Origin: the human T2T-CHM13v2.0 reference genome, Homo sapiens
Direction: 5' to 3' (one strand)
Assembly: GCF_009914755.1 (NCBI RefSeq)
Contig: NC_060929.1
DNA length: 64,000 nucleotides
Part shown: positions 31,933-45,392 of the stretch, piece after piece
Numbering within the stretch: the stretch's first letter is position 1
Layout of the letters: each line of letters begins with the position of its first letter
Translations under genes and position numbers: made by a program
The notes under the pieces: model-generated
The model's input: only the letters and a program-made list of their open reading frames with translations
Told to the model about the DNA's origin: nothing
Database searches by the model: none

Positions 31933-34060
31933 GAGTCTCCCCAGCCATGCCTTCTGTACAGCCTGTGGAACTGTGAGTTAATTAAACCTATTTTCTTCAT
32001 AAATTACCCAGCCACAGGTAGTTTTTTATAGGAGTGCGAGAATGGACTAATATAGAAAATTGGTACCTGGAGTGGGGCATTGTTATGAAGATACCTGAAA
32101 AGGTGGAAGCAACTTTGAAATGGGGTAACAGGCAGAGATTGGAACAGTTTGGAGGGCTCAGAAGACATGAAGATGAGGGAAAGTTTGTAACTTTCTAGAG
32201 ACTTGTTAAATTATTGTGACCAAAGTGCTGATAGTGATATAGACAATGAAGTCCAGGCTGAGGTGGCCTCAGATGGAGATGAGGAACTTACTGAGAACTG
32301 GAGTAAAGGTCACTCTTGCTAACCTTTGGCAAAGAGACTGGTGGCATTGTGCCCCCGCTCTAGGGCTCTCTGGAACTTTGAAATTGAGAGAGATGATTTA
32401 GGGTACCTTGCAGAAGAGAAATTTTTAAGCAGCAGAATGTTCAAGATGTGACCTGGCTGCTTCTAAAAGCCTATGCTCATTTGCATAAAGAAATGACCTG
32501 AAATATTTAAAAGGGAAGCAAAGCATAAAAGTTTGGAAAATTTGCAGCCTGGCTATGAGGTAGAAAAGAAAAACCCATTTTCAGGGTAGAAATTCAAGCC
32601 AACTGCAGAAAATTGCATAAGTAAAGAGGAGCTGAGTCTTAATAGCTAAGACAATGGGGGAAAATGCCTCCTAGGCATTTCAGAAAACTTCACAGCAGCC
32701 TATCCCATTACAAGCCCAGAGGCCTGGGAGGGAAAAATGGTTTTGTGGGCCAGGCTCAGAGCCCCACTGCTCTGTGCAACCTCAGGACATGATACCCTGC
32801 ATCCCAGCCCTTCCAGCTCCAGCTGTGGCAAAAAGGGCCGCAGATATGTCTCAGGCCACCGCTCCAGGGGGTGCAAGCCATAAGAATCCTTGGCAACTTC
32901 CACGTGGTATTAAGCCTGTGGGTGCACAGAGTACAAGAGTTGAAGCCTGGGAGACTCCAACTAGATTTCAGAGGATGTATGGAAATGCCTGGATGTCCAG
33001 ACAGAAGTCTACTGCAGGGGTAGGACCCTCATGGAGAACCTTTACTAGGGCAGTACAGAGGGGAAATGTGGGGTTGGAGTCCCGACACAGAGTCCCTACT
33101 GGGACACTGCCTAGTGGAGCTGTGAGGAGAGGGCCACAGTTCTGCAGACCCCAGAATGGTAGATCCACTGACAGTTTGCACCATGTGCCTGGAAAAGCAG
33201 CAGGCACTCAATGCCAGCCCATGAAAGCAGCTGTGGAGGCTGTACCCTGCAGAGCACAGGGTCAGAGCTGACCAAGGCCTTGGGAGCCCACGCCTAGTGT
33301 CAGTGTGGCCTGGATGTGAGACATAGAATCAAAAGAGATTATTTTGGAGCTTTAAGATTTAATGACTGCCCTGCTGGGTTTTGGATTTCCATGGAACCTG
33401 TAGTCCCTTTGTTTTGGCCAATTTCTTCCTTTTGGAATGGGAGCATTTACCCAATGCCTGTACAACCATTGTATCTTGGAAGTAACTAACTTGTTTTTTA
33501 TTTTGCAGGCTTATAGGCAGAAGGGACTTGGCTTGACTCAGATAAGATTTTGGACTTGAACTTTTGAGTTAATGCTGAAATGAGTTAATATTTGGGGGCT
33601 GTTGAGAAGATATGATTGTGTTTTGAAATGTGAGGACATGAGATTTGGGAGGGGACAGTGGTAGTATGATATAGTTTGGTTATGTATCCCCACTCAAATC
33701 TCACGTTGAATTCTGATCCCGAGTGTTGGAGGTGGGGCCTAGCGGGAGGTGATTGGATTATGGGAGTGGTTTCTAATGGTTTAGCACCATCCCCAGAGTG
33801 CTGTCTTGCGATAGAGTTCTCATGAGATCTGGTTGTTTGCAAGTATGTAGCTTCTTCCCCTTTGCTCTTTTTCCTGTTCTGGCCATTGAAGACATGCCTC
33901 CTTCCTCTTCACCTTCTGCCATGATTGTAAGTTTCCTGAGGCCTCCCCAGCCATGTTTCCTTTACAGCCTGCAGAACTATAAGTCAATTAAACCTCTTTT
34001 CTTCATAAATTACCTAGTCTCAGGTTGTTCTTTATAGCAGTGTGAGAATAGACTAACACA
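31933..34060 (+). mobile_element. MSTA-type MaLR provirus: truncated 5' LTR (31933-32054), internal region (32055-33666), complete 3' LTR (33667-34060)
   Basis: Both LTRs share the end ccccagccatg...attaaacct...aattacc...gactaa(t/c)a(t/c)a. Internal region starts gaaaattggtacc. 3' LTR runs tgatatagtttgg...aca. Confidence 0.92.
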
Positions 34061-34174
34061 ACTTCATATCTAGAATACCCAGGTACTGAAATACAAAGAC
34101 CTAAAATTACATTTTCACAAACTCATTGTACTAAATATATCTTAAGATATGCCTCTAAAATTATCTTTGATTGG

Positions 34175-34420
34175 AGTACAGTGGAAAGAGCAGGGGCTTT
34201 GGAGGTAGATAGACAATGAGTCAAATACCAACTCAGGCATGTTCTAGTTGTGTGACACTGAGCAAATTACTTACCCTCTGTGAGCTTGAAGTTTTCCATC
34301 TGTGCAATGGGCATCATAAAACCTGTGTCCTAGGATTGTGATGTGGATTAAGCGAGATGATGTGTCTAGGGAAAATGCATGTACAGTACCTGGCACAGAG
34401 CAGGGGACAATAAGTGAGAG
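34175..34420 (+). mobile_element. MIR
   Basis: gtggaaagagcaggggctttggagg...tgtgacactgagcaaattacttaccctctgtgagcttg...cagtacctggcacagag. Confidence 0.85.
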
Positions 34421-34747
34421 CCATATGTATAAGTCTATGAATGTGTGTCTCATATGAAGTAGTAATTACATGTAAACAATCAGACAAGCCCAGTTAAACA
34501 TTGTTGACCCTGTAAGTCCTGAAGAGTTGCTTACCATTTTGCTATCTCCAGCTATTTTGAAAGTATTATTTACATCATTTCCATCCTTTTCTTCTGCACT
34601 CATGTTTGACATAAAGATTGCAAGCACTAAATTCTTTAATATTTCTGAAACTCAGAAGCTTCTACCAACCTGAGTTAGGAGCTTGTTTTATTTTCATCAT
34701 AAATGAGAAAGAAAAATGTCTCTAAAGCTTACAGTCTTCTATGAGAC

Positions 34748-34815
34748 TGTCTTGGTCGGTGAGTGCTGCTGTACTAGAATACCATAGACTGGGTGACTTA
34801 AAAAGTAAGCATTAT
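34748..34815 (-). mobile_element. MLT1/MaLR LTR terminal stub
   Basis: tgtcttggtc...gctgctgtactagaataccatagactgggtgacttaaa, abruptly joined to L1ME-like sequence (about 34830-35600). Confidence 0.7.
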
Positions 34816-37079
34816 TTTTTTTTACACACAATCACAACAAAAATGGGATATCATGTGCACTTTCCAATTTACTTTTTATTTACTGAAAAGTAAATAAAAA
34901 GTTTGCTTTTTATCAGTATGTAATACCCTGTATCGGTATGTAATACTCATTTTCTGTGTCAGTATGTAATACCCATTACATTATAATTTGTAATGTTCTA
35001 TTGTGTTGATTTAATCAACCTTTTTGACAGACTTCTGAACTATTTCTAGTTCTTCTTTTTATCATTGTTGTGATGAATATCCATATATAGGTATCTTTGT
35101 ACACTTATGTTAATATTTTTATAGGGAAAATTTCAAGCAGTGGAATGACTCAATGATATATGTATAATTTTTTACTTTAAAAGATATTGTCAAAGTGTTT
35201 TCTTAAAAAGATGCATGTGTTTACACTAAAGCAACAAATAATGGCAGTGCCTGTTTCCCAACATTCTTGCCAACTCTGGGAATTATAAGTTTTTAATGTT
35301 TGCCAGTGTGATTTGCACACACCTAAATATACACATATATAGTACCTTAAACTTGTATTTCTTTAATTATTAGTTATGTTTTAATAGCTTCATTTATCAT
35401 GTACCAGACACTCTACTAAGTGCATACTCTCATTAATTCTTATACAACCCTGTGAGTTTGAATATCTTTGCATAGATTTATACAGCATTTGTTTCTTTTT
35501 TGGATTACTTGTTCATCTCCCTACATTAATTTTTCTGATTGCTTGCTCATGTTTTTCAATGATTTAGAGAGTGTGCTTTGTTCTTGCTCTTTTCTTGTTT
35601 CCTTCTTTTCTTTTGGAGGTGAGGTGGGCTATATTATAGCTATTAGCTTTTGTCTCTCCTGAATTTTTATTTCTCTATTAACACATCTTTCTCCTATCTA
35701 TTTTTAAGGAAATTTACATCTTAATATGAGATGAGTTTTTGTATGATATCAAATTGTTTCAGATAATTATTTTAAATATTTTGTGTGCTAATTCAATTTT
35801 CCATCTACAATAATAGTACAGTTAACATGTTGAGAACATTTAAAGTTATGTTTAACTTTAACTCAGGGTTAAAACGGTGAAAACATATGTTGCCATAAGA
35901 GTCTCAGTCTATATTCATCCTAATTTATTAACTAGATGCAGAATCAGGAAGATTAATGATTACTTTTTAATGCAAAGTGCTAAGAATTTAGGCATTTGAA
36001 ATATCAAGCGGAATAGAGCATTAGGAAATAGGTAATTGTAAAATTGCGGGTGGCAGAGTTGTAATGATAGAGATATTCATGAGATCACATTTCATCTTTT
36101 TTATTCCCATTACAAATTTTAGTGATAAAATGGAAAATTGGGCACCTTTTGTTGTCAGAAGCTCTATAATGCAAAGTTTTTTTCAGTATTTCAAAGATTT
36201 CCAGTTGGAAAACTGAAAAAGCTCGTACAACCACAGATGGTCAAGTGTGTATTATTCAGGAAAGAAAACAGTTCTTTATAGAGGAAGTTCTGTTGTAGAT
36301 GTCTCTAATGAAAAAGGGAATACCTGCAAATGTAAGCATCTTGTCAAACAGGATACTTCATACAATTTAAGAAAAACCATTCCTGGCTCAAAAGGATTTT
36401 CTGACAATTGATTTGAGGTTTGTATTATTTACTTTGTAGCTTCTCAGAAGCAAGGATCTGCCTACTCTTTCTTTTTCTGAAAATAATGTTATATTTTTCT
36501 TATAAAATTAATCAATATTTATTTTAGAAATTATGGAAAGCAAAAATATACAATAAAAATAAAAATCAGAGGTATCCTCATCATTCAGATATAAACACTT
36601 GATGTGTTTCTGTTTATGTCTAGATTTATACATTTTTGTTTTATAATAGAAAATTGAGATCTCTCAATTTTATCTCCTGCTTATTTCACTCAATGTTATA
36701 TTATTAGAATTTCCCATGCATTGAGTATACCTCAGCATTTTTTAATGGATTCACAATGTCTGTCTCATGATAGATTTATCAAACATGTTTACCTTTCCTC
36801 AGCATTGAATGTTAAAATTCTCTCCATCCCCATTTTTAATATTTAAAAATCTGCAGTGAATGTGCTATGTTGTATTTCTACTTCACAGATCCCTTGAAAT
36901 GAAATTACTAGATTAAGGATATAAGATTTTTAGAAATATTGGAATTATGAAACTGTCTTCCAGAAAGGTTGAAAATTTACAATCGTAACATTTTTTGAAG
37001 GTACCAGTCTCCCAACGCAAGAGCTAGTTAGTCTTAATTGTTTTATTAGCAGTATGATTTTGATAGTAAATATTGTATA

Positions 37080-37122
37080 TTAGGTTGATGCAAAAGTAAT
37101 TGTGGTTTTTGCCATTACTTTT
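37080..37122 (+). mobile_element. MADE1 (Hsmar1 MITE), left half only
   Basis: ta|ttaggttgatgcaaaagtaattgtggtttttgccattactttt matches the Hsmar1 TIR. The right arm is absent. Confidence 0.88.
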
Positions 37123-37154
37123 GGTGACTCTCCAGAGAAACAGAGCTTACAGGA

Positions 37155-37193
<39 letters not shown>

Positions 37194-37545
37194 ATAGACA
37201 TTTATTATAAGGAATGGCTCACACTGTCATGGAGGCCAGCTCAAGATCTGTAGGGTGAGTTGGCAAGCTGGAAAACCAGGAGGGCTGATGTTTCAATTTG
37301 AGTACAAGGGCAGGAAAAAAAAATGATGTCCCAGTTTGAAGGCTATTGGGCAGGAAGAATTCTCTGTTACTCGGGGAAGGATCAGCCTTTTTTCCTCAGG
37401 CCTTCAACTAATTGGATAAGGCCCACCCACAGTAGGGAGAGCAATCTGCTTCACTCAGTCCACCAATTTTAATGTTAATCTCATCTAAAACCATTCTTAC
37501 AAAAAACACCCAGAATAATGTTTGACCAAATATCTGTCAAGTTAG

Positions 37546-37872
<327 letters not shown>

Positions 37873-39949
37873 TAAGAAGTCTGCAGTGAAAGTATTATGT
37901 CATATTTCAAGTTGACACATGAAATTAACCATCACATGTCATAATATGTTATTGTTTTTGTTGCTATTTTTTTAATGAGACCAGGGAGTTTAGGCATACT
38001 CTTATTTATTCATTGGCCATTTTGTACTTACAAACTGTTTGTATTTTTTGTCCATTTTCTTGTTTTGTTATTGATTTGTGAGAACTTTGTTCCTATTAAA
38101 GCTATTACTTTGTAGTATTCGATGAAAATATTTGCCACGCTTTGTGATTTATGTTTTTAAATTGCAGTAAAATCTATCCAACTTTTTGTATATTTTTATT
38201 GCATGTTTCAGAACATTTTTCTTCAATTACATCTTTCAATACCATTTTATTCCATTTCATTTTGGAGGGTTCTTTTTTTCCTGAATATCAATTAACTTAT
38301 TTGGTCTTTCTATCTCACACATTTGCATTATATTTTCTCTAATTCTTTTCTCTTTGTGTCTTTTTCTCTCAGTTGTTGCTAATTCAATTGCAAGCTGTGT
38401 TTATTTCCTATGACACTAAATATTGTAACATTATTTTTGCTTGATATTATTCACATCAGAACTCAGAAAATATGATATTGTTTTTTCTAGCATTTTGTGT
38501 TAAAGAGATTAGCCTGATATTTTTCCATTTAGGTAAATTTTTTCTTCACCTTCATGAATGCTTATAGATCTTAATGTTTTTATTTCTATAATGTAAAACT
38601 TTGAGCTGAGTATATATAATTGTAGCTATTTTTTCTTAAACTTGTCTGGTCTTGGGTGGGCTCCTAAGTCCACAGACGCGGTGTGTTCTGCTCAATGAAA
38701 TTTTTCAATCTTACACAGTCTATTTGCTATTTTTTCATTGTTCTGGAATCAGAGACGTCAAAGTATTGTGAGTACTTTGTCTTTCATGTTCATAATAATC
38801 GTGTTTTTTAAAAACAGTTTGCAGCTCTTTGACTTTATCCCATGCATCTGTCACAGCTTCTCCAGCTTGTCTGCTATGAAAGTGATTTTGGATTCTGCAG
38901 TGTCATTTTGCTTATTACTGCTTCCAATGCGAATGTCAGGTGTTATTTCATTTTCCCCCATTTCTTTTCCTCTTTTGTTAAATCCCTCAGACAACCTTTA
39001 TTTGGGCCTTATTTTGCTTCTTTTCCTTTGGGTTTGTCTTCTTGGATCCTATTTAGACTTCCAAGCCATTTTCTAAATTTTTTCTGGCCCCTTTAATAAT
39101 TTTCAAAATTATTATCTTTTTTTTCTGAATTTGAGGGCTTTCACTTTTTCTTCTCATGTACCCATGTTGATATTTTTTGTTAAATTTATTTACTCATTCT
39201 AGAATGAGATCCCCATGGGGCCTCATGTTGTCCAATACATGAAGTTATGACTTTGGTTCTGTTCACTTTCTTCTTAGAATCTCCATTTTCAAATATCGAG
39301 CCTAATTTTAAATGTATGTACATTATAATAGCCCAATTAACAGTGATTAGTAAGTATTCATTTACTACAGATCTGTAAGATGGATGTGGTAGTTACCTAC
39401 TGTTACCTACATAGCCTAGTTATCTGATACTTTAAAAACCAATGAAATATATGGAAAATGTCAGCCCCCCAGTAGACTCTACTCCTGAGGTTTTTCTTGT
39501 CTCTGTACCTGTGTAATAGATCTTTCCTTACCTCCCAGGGTACCACACTCTAACACAGTCCCTTTACTTCAGCTACTCATGTGGAATTGGTGAGCTGCAG
39601 CCTCTAAACAGTATATAAAGGTAATTAGGACTGGTTGAAGGGATGGACTGCTAGCATAAGAAAAGGTGGTACTCAGTCCCAAAAAGAAATTATTTGAGCT
39701 GCCCAGCTTTTTAGTGGATAGAAATCCTGCGCCTTTTAATTGAGTGAATACCAGGTAAACCATTAGGTAACTTGTTTCTTCTTGGGAAATTAAGGTGTAA
39801 TGAGGTACAGGGACAGAATAATTATAGGTAGCACAGCTAGAATTAAACCACATGTATCTGACTTATCCACAGATCCATAGCTGCTCTGAAACATACGCTA
39901 GAAATCCTATTCTGCTTAAAACACAGTCACTGGTGATATTTTATATGAC

Positions 39950-41450
39950 TATCTGACAGTTTCTCTGAAGGTAGAGGAAGCAGTGAGGCAAACTACTTGA
40001 CATAATTCTGTTCAGTTCTAGAAATAGAAATGACGAGATCCCAGGAGAAAACATCTCGCCTTGTGGAGCCCTTGATAAACAGGGAGGGAAATCCTGAACG
40101 TAATTAAATGTGTGTACACACTAAAATTTAGGAAGATCCATTTTTAAACACTCAGACAAAAATTGGATATTTCATGAACAGAGGTACTGAAAGGAAAGAG
40201 TGCCAGAGGAATAAAAGTTTCAAAAGTTAAGTTCAAATGGAATGGTTGGGAATAATTTTAAAGAAAAATATTTACAGTCATCAAAATCAGTATGGGTACA
40301 TGTATTCTTCCCGGTGGACTCAGATGTAAGAAGGACATGTATAATGAAAGAAAGTAGGAAAGTATCATTAATGGGAAAAGAATAGCCAATGTAAGAAAAA
40401 GGGAAGCTTAAATCTAAAATGAAGTGAGGCTTGCTAAAAAATGATGAAATGGTAACTGTAGGAAAAGAGAGGCCATTTAAAGTATACATTCAGATTAAAC
40501 ATGCACTCAACACTGGAGAAAATGTCGACTATAAGGAGATGTTACAGTATTAGAAAAAGGAAAGAAGCTTAAGTCCTATTTTGCTTCAATCTTCTCTGTC
40601 AAATAGAATATTTGGGGATGGGGGAAGGCTACCTGTAAAAGACTTCCAACTATCAGATAAGTGAACTGATGAAAAAGCATCTAGGTGTTCTAAGTAACAT
40701 TGTATTTTCTTCCGGCATGAATGATAATATTCAAATATGAGAGAACCTGATGAACTGACTTTGAGGAATGTAGCATGCAGGACAGTTTCGTAATGGAAAA
40801 CAAATGAAAAGCAAATATTTTTATAAATCTAATTTATAAATCTCAACCATCTTATGAATCCTCAAAATCTAATTTATCGGCTTTATAAATTAGATTCTGA
40901 ATCCTCCCGGTCCTAAAAAAAAAAAAATTTCGTAAAATATCTTATTCATCTGATTTTTGGGGAACGCTTAGGGAAAGAAAGTGGTGATAAACTAGAAGAT
41001 TATGTATACTATTAGACCAACTTCCTTTGCAAGGTGTATACCAACATAGGAGAATGCTATAGACATTGTAATCTTTCACTTTGACTCTCCTGACTTTCTT
41101 AAGGATGAAATGGTGAAATATAGACTGGATATAGTTGAGTTGTTTTGTGATTGCTTTAATAAATGTACCTAAGTATTGATTTAATCATTTGTTGTGAATT
41201 CTAAAGCTAAAGAGAAATGCTGGAAAACACTGGGGCTTCAGGGGGAGAATGGCCATGATGGTTAGGAGGATGTCATATGCCATCATGGAGAGGGTCACAG
41301 ATAGAAGCGAGGGGGAGGGCTCAAGTGTGAGAAGTCCTAGGGGAGAGAGCATGGCTTTCTTCAAATGAATAACTGACATAGCCAAAAAGGAGGCCTGGAG
41401 AATCGACTGGGAGAGGCAAGCATTGAATGGAAGTTAACTGAATGAACTCT
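39950..41450 (+). mobile_element. L3/CR1 LINE remnant
   Basis: CR1-like decayed motifs (agaccaacttcct, ggagaatgctatagacattgta, tggtgaaatatagactggata, atggctttcttcaaat). Very diverged, boundaries approximate. Confidence 0.5.
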
Positions 41451-41850
41451 GAAGTTCTTCCCTCAATGTTTTATAATTTTGTTCTCTTTTATAAACCTAA
41501 AGTACAGACATATTTTTTAAATTGTTGTTAAATGCACCACATTCAACCCTACACTAAATTTAAGTGGATATTTTGTATATTTTCTCAGAATTCATCTTAA
41601 ACTTTATAGCTTCTTTATGCTGGTTTCAGAGTAAATGCTCAAAAAACTATTTGGTTGGCTGATTTAAGTTTCTTGTTGCTAAAATATCACCTAAGATATG
41701 GCTTGTAAACCAAAATTACCTTCTCTTAACAGAAAAAGACAACGTAAGATACTTATGTAAAGAAATTTAACAGAATTTTAAAATTATATCTTAAAATTGT
41801 ATCATAACTTTGTAAGGCAACAAATCCAATTTGTTTGCTATTGCTGTGTA

Positions 41851-42042
<192 letters not shown>

Positions 42043-42735
42043 TATTGCTATTTATGTTGTGAAAAATCTGCTTATGCTGCACTCTCCTACTTTATTATCC
42101 ACAGTCTTGTTCCTCTAGGTGCTCAAGCTAGATCATTTGGAGTCATCTTTGGCAGCACTCTCTCACCAATTTCTGTATCCTGTTAGTCACAGGGTTATTG
42201 ATCCTTTCGATAACACTTAAAACCTGTTCTCTCCTGTCCATTCTTATTTCACAGGCCTAATTCAAATCCTCATGATCTTGAGCAAAGTCTATTGCAATAG
42301 CCTCAAAACCAGTTATATCATTTACCCCCATTCCAATGCTTTGCCTCTACCATCGCTATAGTTCATTCCAAAACACAGATCTGCTTAAAACCCTTCAGGA
42401 ATTTTTAAATCCCTGGGGAAAAAAAATCCAGACTCTTCTACACAGTATGCAATGTCCTTAATTCATTGGCCCCAACCTTCATTTTCCCAGCCTTTCATAG
42501 CCACTCATGCCTGCTAAGCCCTGAGTCTGTATTTTTCAAACTAGAATACTTGTAGAGTGGCCAGAGTCACAGAGCCACAGGATAGACATCGCCCATGTTC
42601 CTGGAAGTTTAATTTTATTTAAATATCTAGGATTTTTTAAAGTAGCTCAGCTGGTAAATAAGTTAAAATGCCATTTTTATACTACACAAGTTATACCCTG
42701 TGACGTCTGAAGGGGAATACAGGTACAGAGCCTTA

Positions 42736-43758
42736 CAGGGGCAGATGCAGGTTTCAAGGAGACTGACATGTCTGTGATTTGGAAAGCCAACCATAAGAAA
42801 TATGTACAAAATTGCAAATCCAAAATTAGATACAAAAATGAATATTTGTAAAGAGAAAAAAGTCACAACATATTGTGTACTTAAAATTTTGACAAACACC
42901 ACAAACATACAAAATCCAGAAATAAAGTAACTTTATTATTAGTTGTCAGACATACCTCTCTAATTTTTTTCACAAAATTTTTGTATACTTTTTGATCACC
43001 TCTCTGCATGGTATCAATTAGTAAGATGTTCTATGGAGAAACCTGAATGATAGATAAGTACTTCCTCTAACACGGTCAATTGAAATCTGTTCCTATACTC
43101 ATAGATGTTCTCACTGTTCATAGTATTGCTACAGATTATTCACAACAAAGACAGAATCCTCATAAATTCTACTTCATGTGATTTTTTAAATTAAAAATAA
43201 GTATATTAAGCATTTATAATTTAATATACTAGATATCTTTCTGATAAAAAGAGAAATACGGGTATGATAATTGGAAGCATTTTTCATAGATCAGCTTCTG
43301 TATCTGTTCTTCTGTATCTGGACCCAGTTGGACATTTTCATATCTTTGTATAACCTCTGACCCTGCATGTCCCTGTCACTGTTGCCACAGGAGGTGGTAC
43401 AGTGGGTGATTGCCAACAATGACTTCATGATAAGTGGAAGTGCCTGCAAGCCACATGAATATTTCCCACACACTCCAGCAAAATTAAATCTCATCTGAAC
43501 TTCCCCTTAACCACATCCCAAATTACCAGTCATTCCAATATACCCAATGCAAGAGCGGTTATGCCAGAAGGAAAGTTGGGATTGAAAAGACAGTGGCCTT
43601 AACTAATCGTAATTAAAATATCTTAGTTTTACAAACTTAACAAAAAATCTTCACCAGTTGAACATATTGCTGGGGCCACTCCTGACCCTGGAAGGGGCCA
43701 TGCAAGTGAGTGGCCCTGACACTTAAACTTCATTAGCTTCATGGTACATCTACCTCTG
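42736..43758 (-). mobile_element. Zaphod/MER115-like hAT-Tip100 DNA transposon, internally deleted
   Basis: Imperfect TIRs caggggcagatg / catctacctctg. Terminal gggccatgcaagtgagtggccctgacacttaaacttcattagcttcatggta as recalled for Zaphod. Degenerate 8-bp TSD gagcctta/gttcatta. Confidence 0.75.
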
Positions 43759-44677
43759 GTTCATTACAAGAAAGACCACACTTTACTGGCTCCTGATAAT
43801 TAATACAAAATGTTTTTTAACATATACTCATAGTGTAGCCTTCAGTGCTTAGACTCATTCCATTCTTTTCCTCCTTTGATCTCCCTACCTACTTCCTTTT
43901 CTCTCCCCTGGGTCCTACTCCATCCTGCTACTGCCTCTTGTGGTCACGGTCAAAGATGCCCATTTCTGTCTCCATTTTGAAAGGTTACTGGTGAATCCTT
44001 ATATCTTCAGAACAGAGCATATATAAGAAATACAAATGTTTTTCTTGATAATATTGATTTTTCTCTCATAGCTTTAAGTATTAGTATTTTGATGTACTGA
44101 AAGACTTCCCCCTACCTTGCAGAGAGGTTGAGATGGAAAAGAGAACAGAGCCGTATCGCAAGTGAAAATACATAAGAAAGATAATGGGAAATTCCAGTGC
44201 ATTTTTAGGATGAAACAGAAGAAATCAAAGAAACTCCATCTTAGCAGTGGGCCTTTTAAAGCTGCAACTTCAGATCACCAGAATTACCCATTCGTTCTTT
44301 GCCACTTTTCTAAGTGGAAAAATCTGAGAAACACTGCTGTGTACATATTCAATTATACTACTAATAGTATTATTTCCTATTTTGCCCTTTGCTTTTTTTT
44401 AGAAGAGCATTTCCCATCTCTGCCAAATGATTTTTTACTCAACTTTCAAGGTCTAGTTCAAAGGTTATTATTCTATGTTATTCTATGACACGTCCTCAGG
44501 ACACTTAAAGCAAAATTAATTGTGTCTCTTTCTTCTTTTCTAATGGCTTTAACCCCTATTTTATCATTTAGAAGATATCTTACAGTCAAATATTTATCTC
44601 TCATAAATAAATATTAGGTCATAATATTTATAAAGGCGATGTCTCATTCTTTTTTGTAATCCAGGAACCTATCCTGA

Positions 44678-45392
<715 letters not shown>

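Noticed and set aside
32774-33271. 165-aa ORF
   Set aside because: Lies within the MST internal region with a GTG start. It is a decayed MaLR internal sequence, not a host gene.
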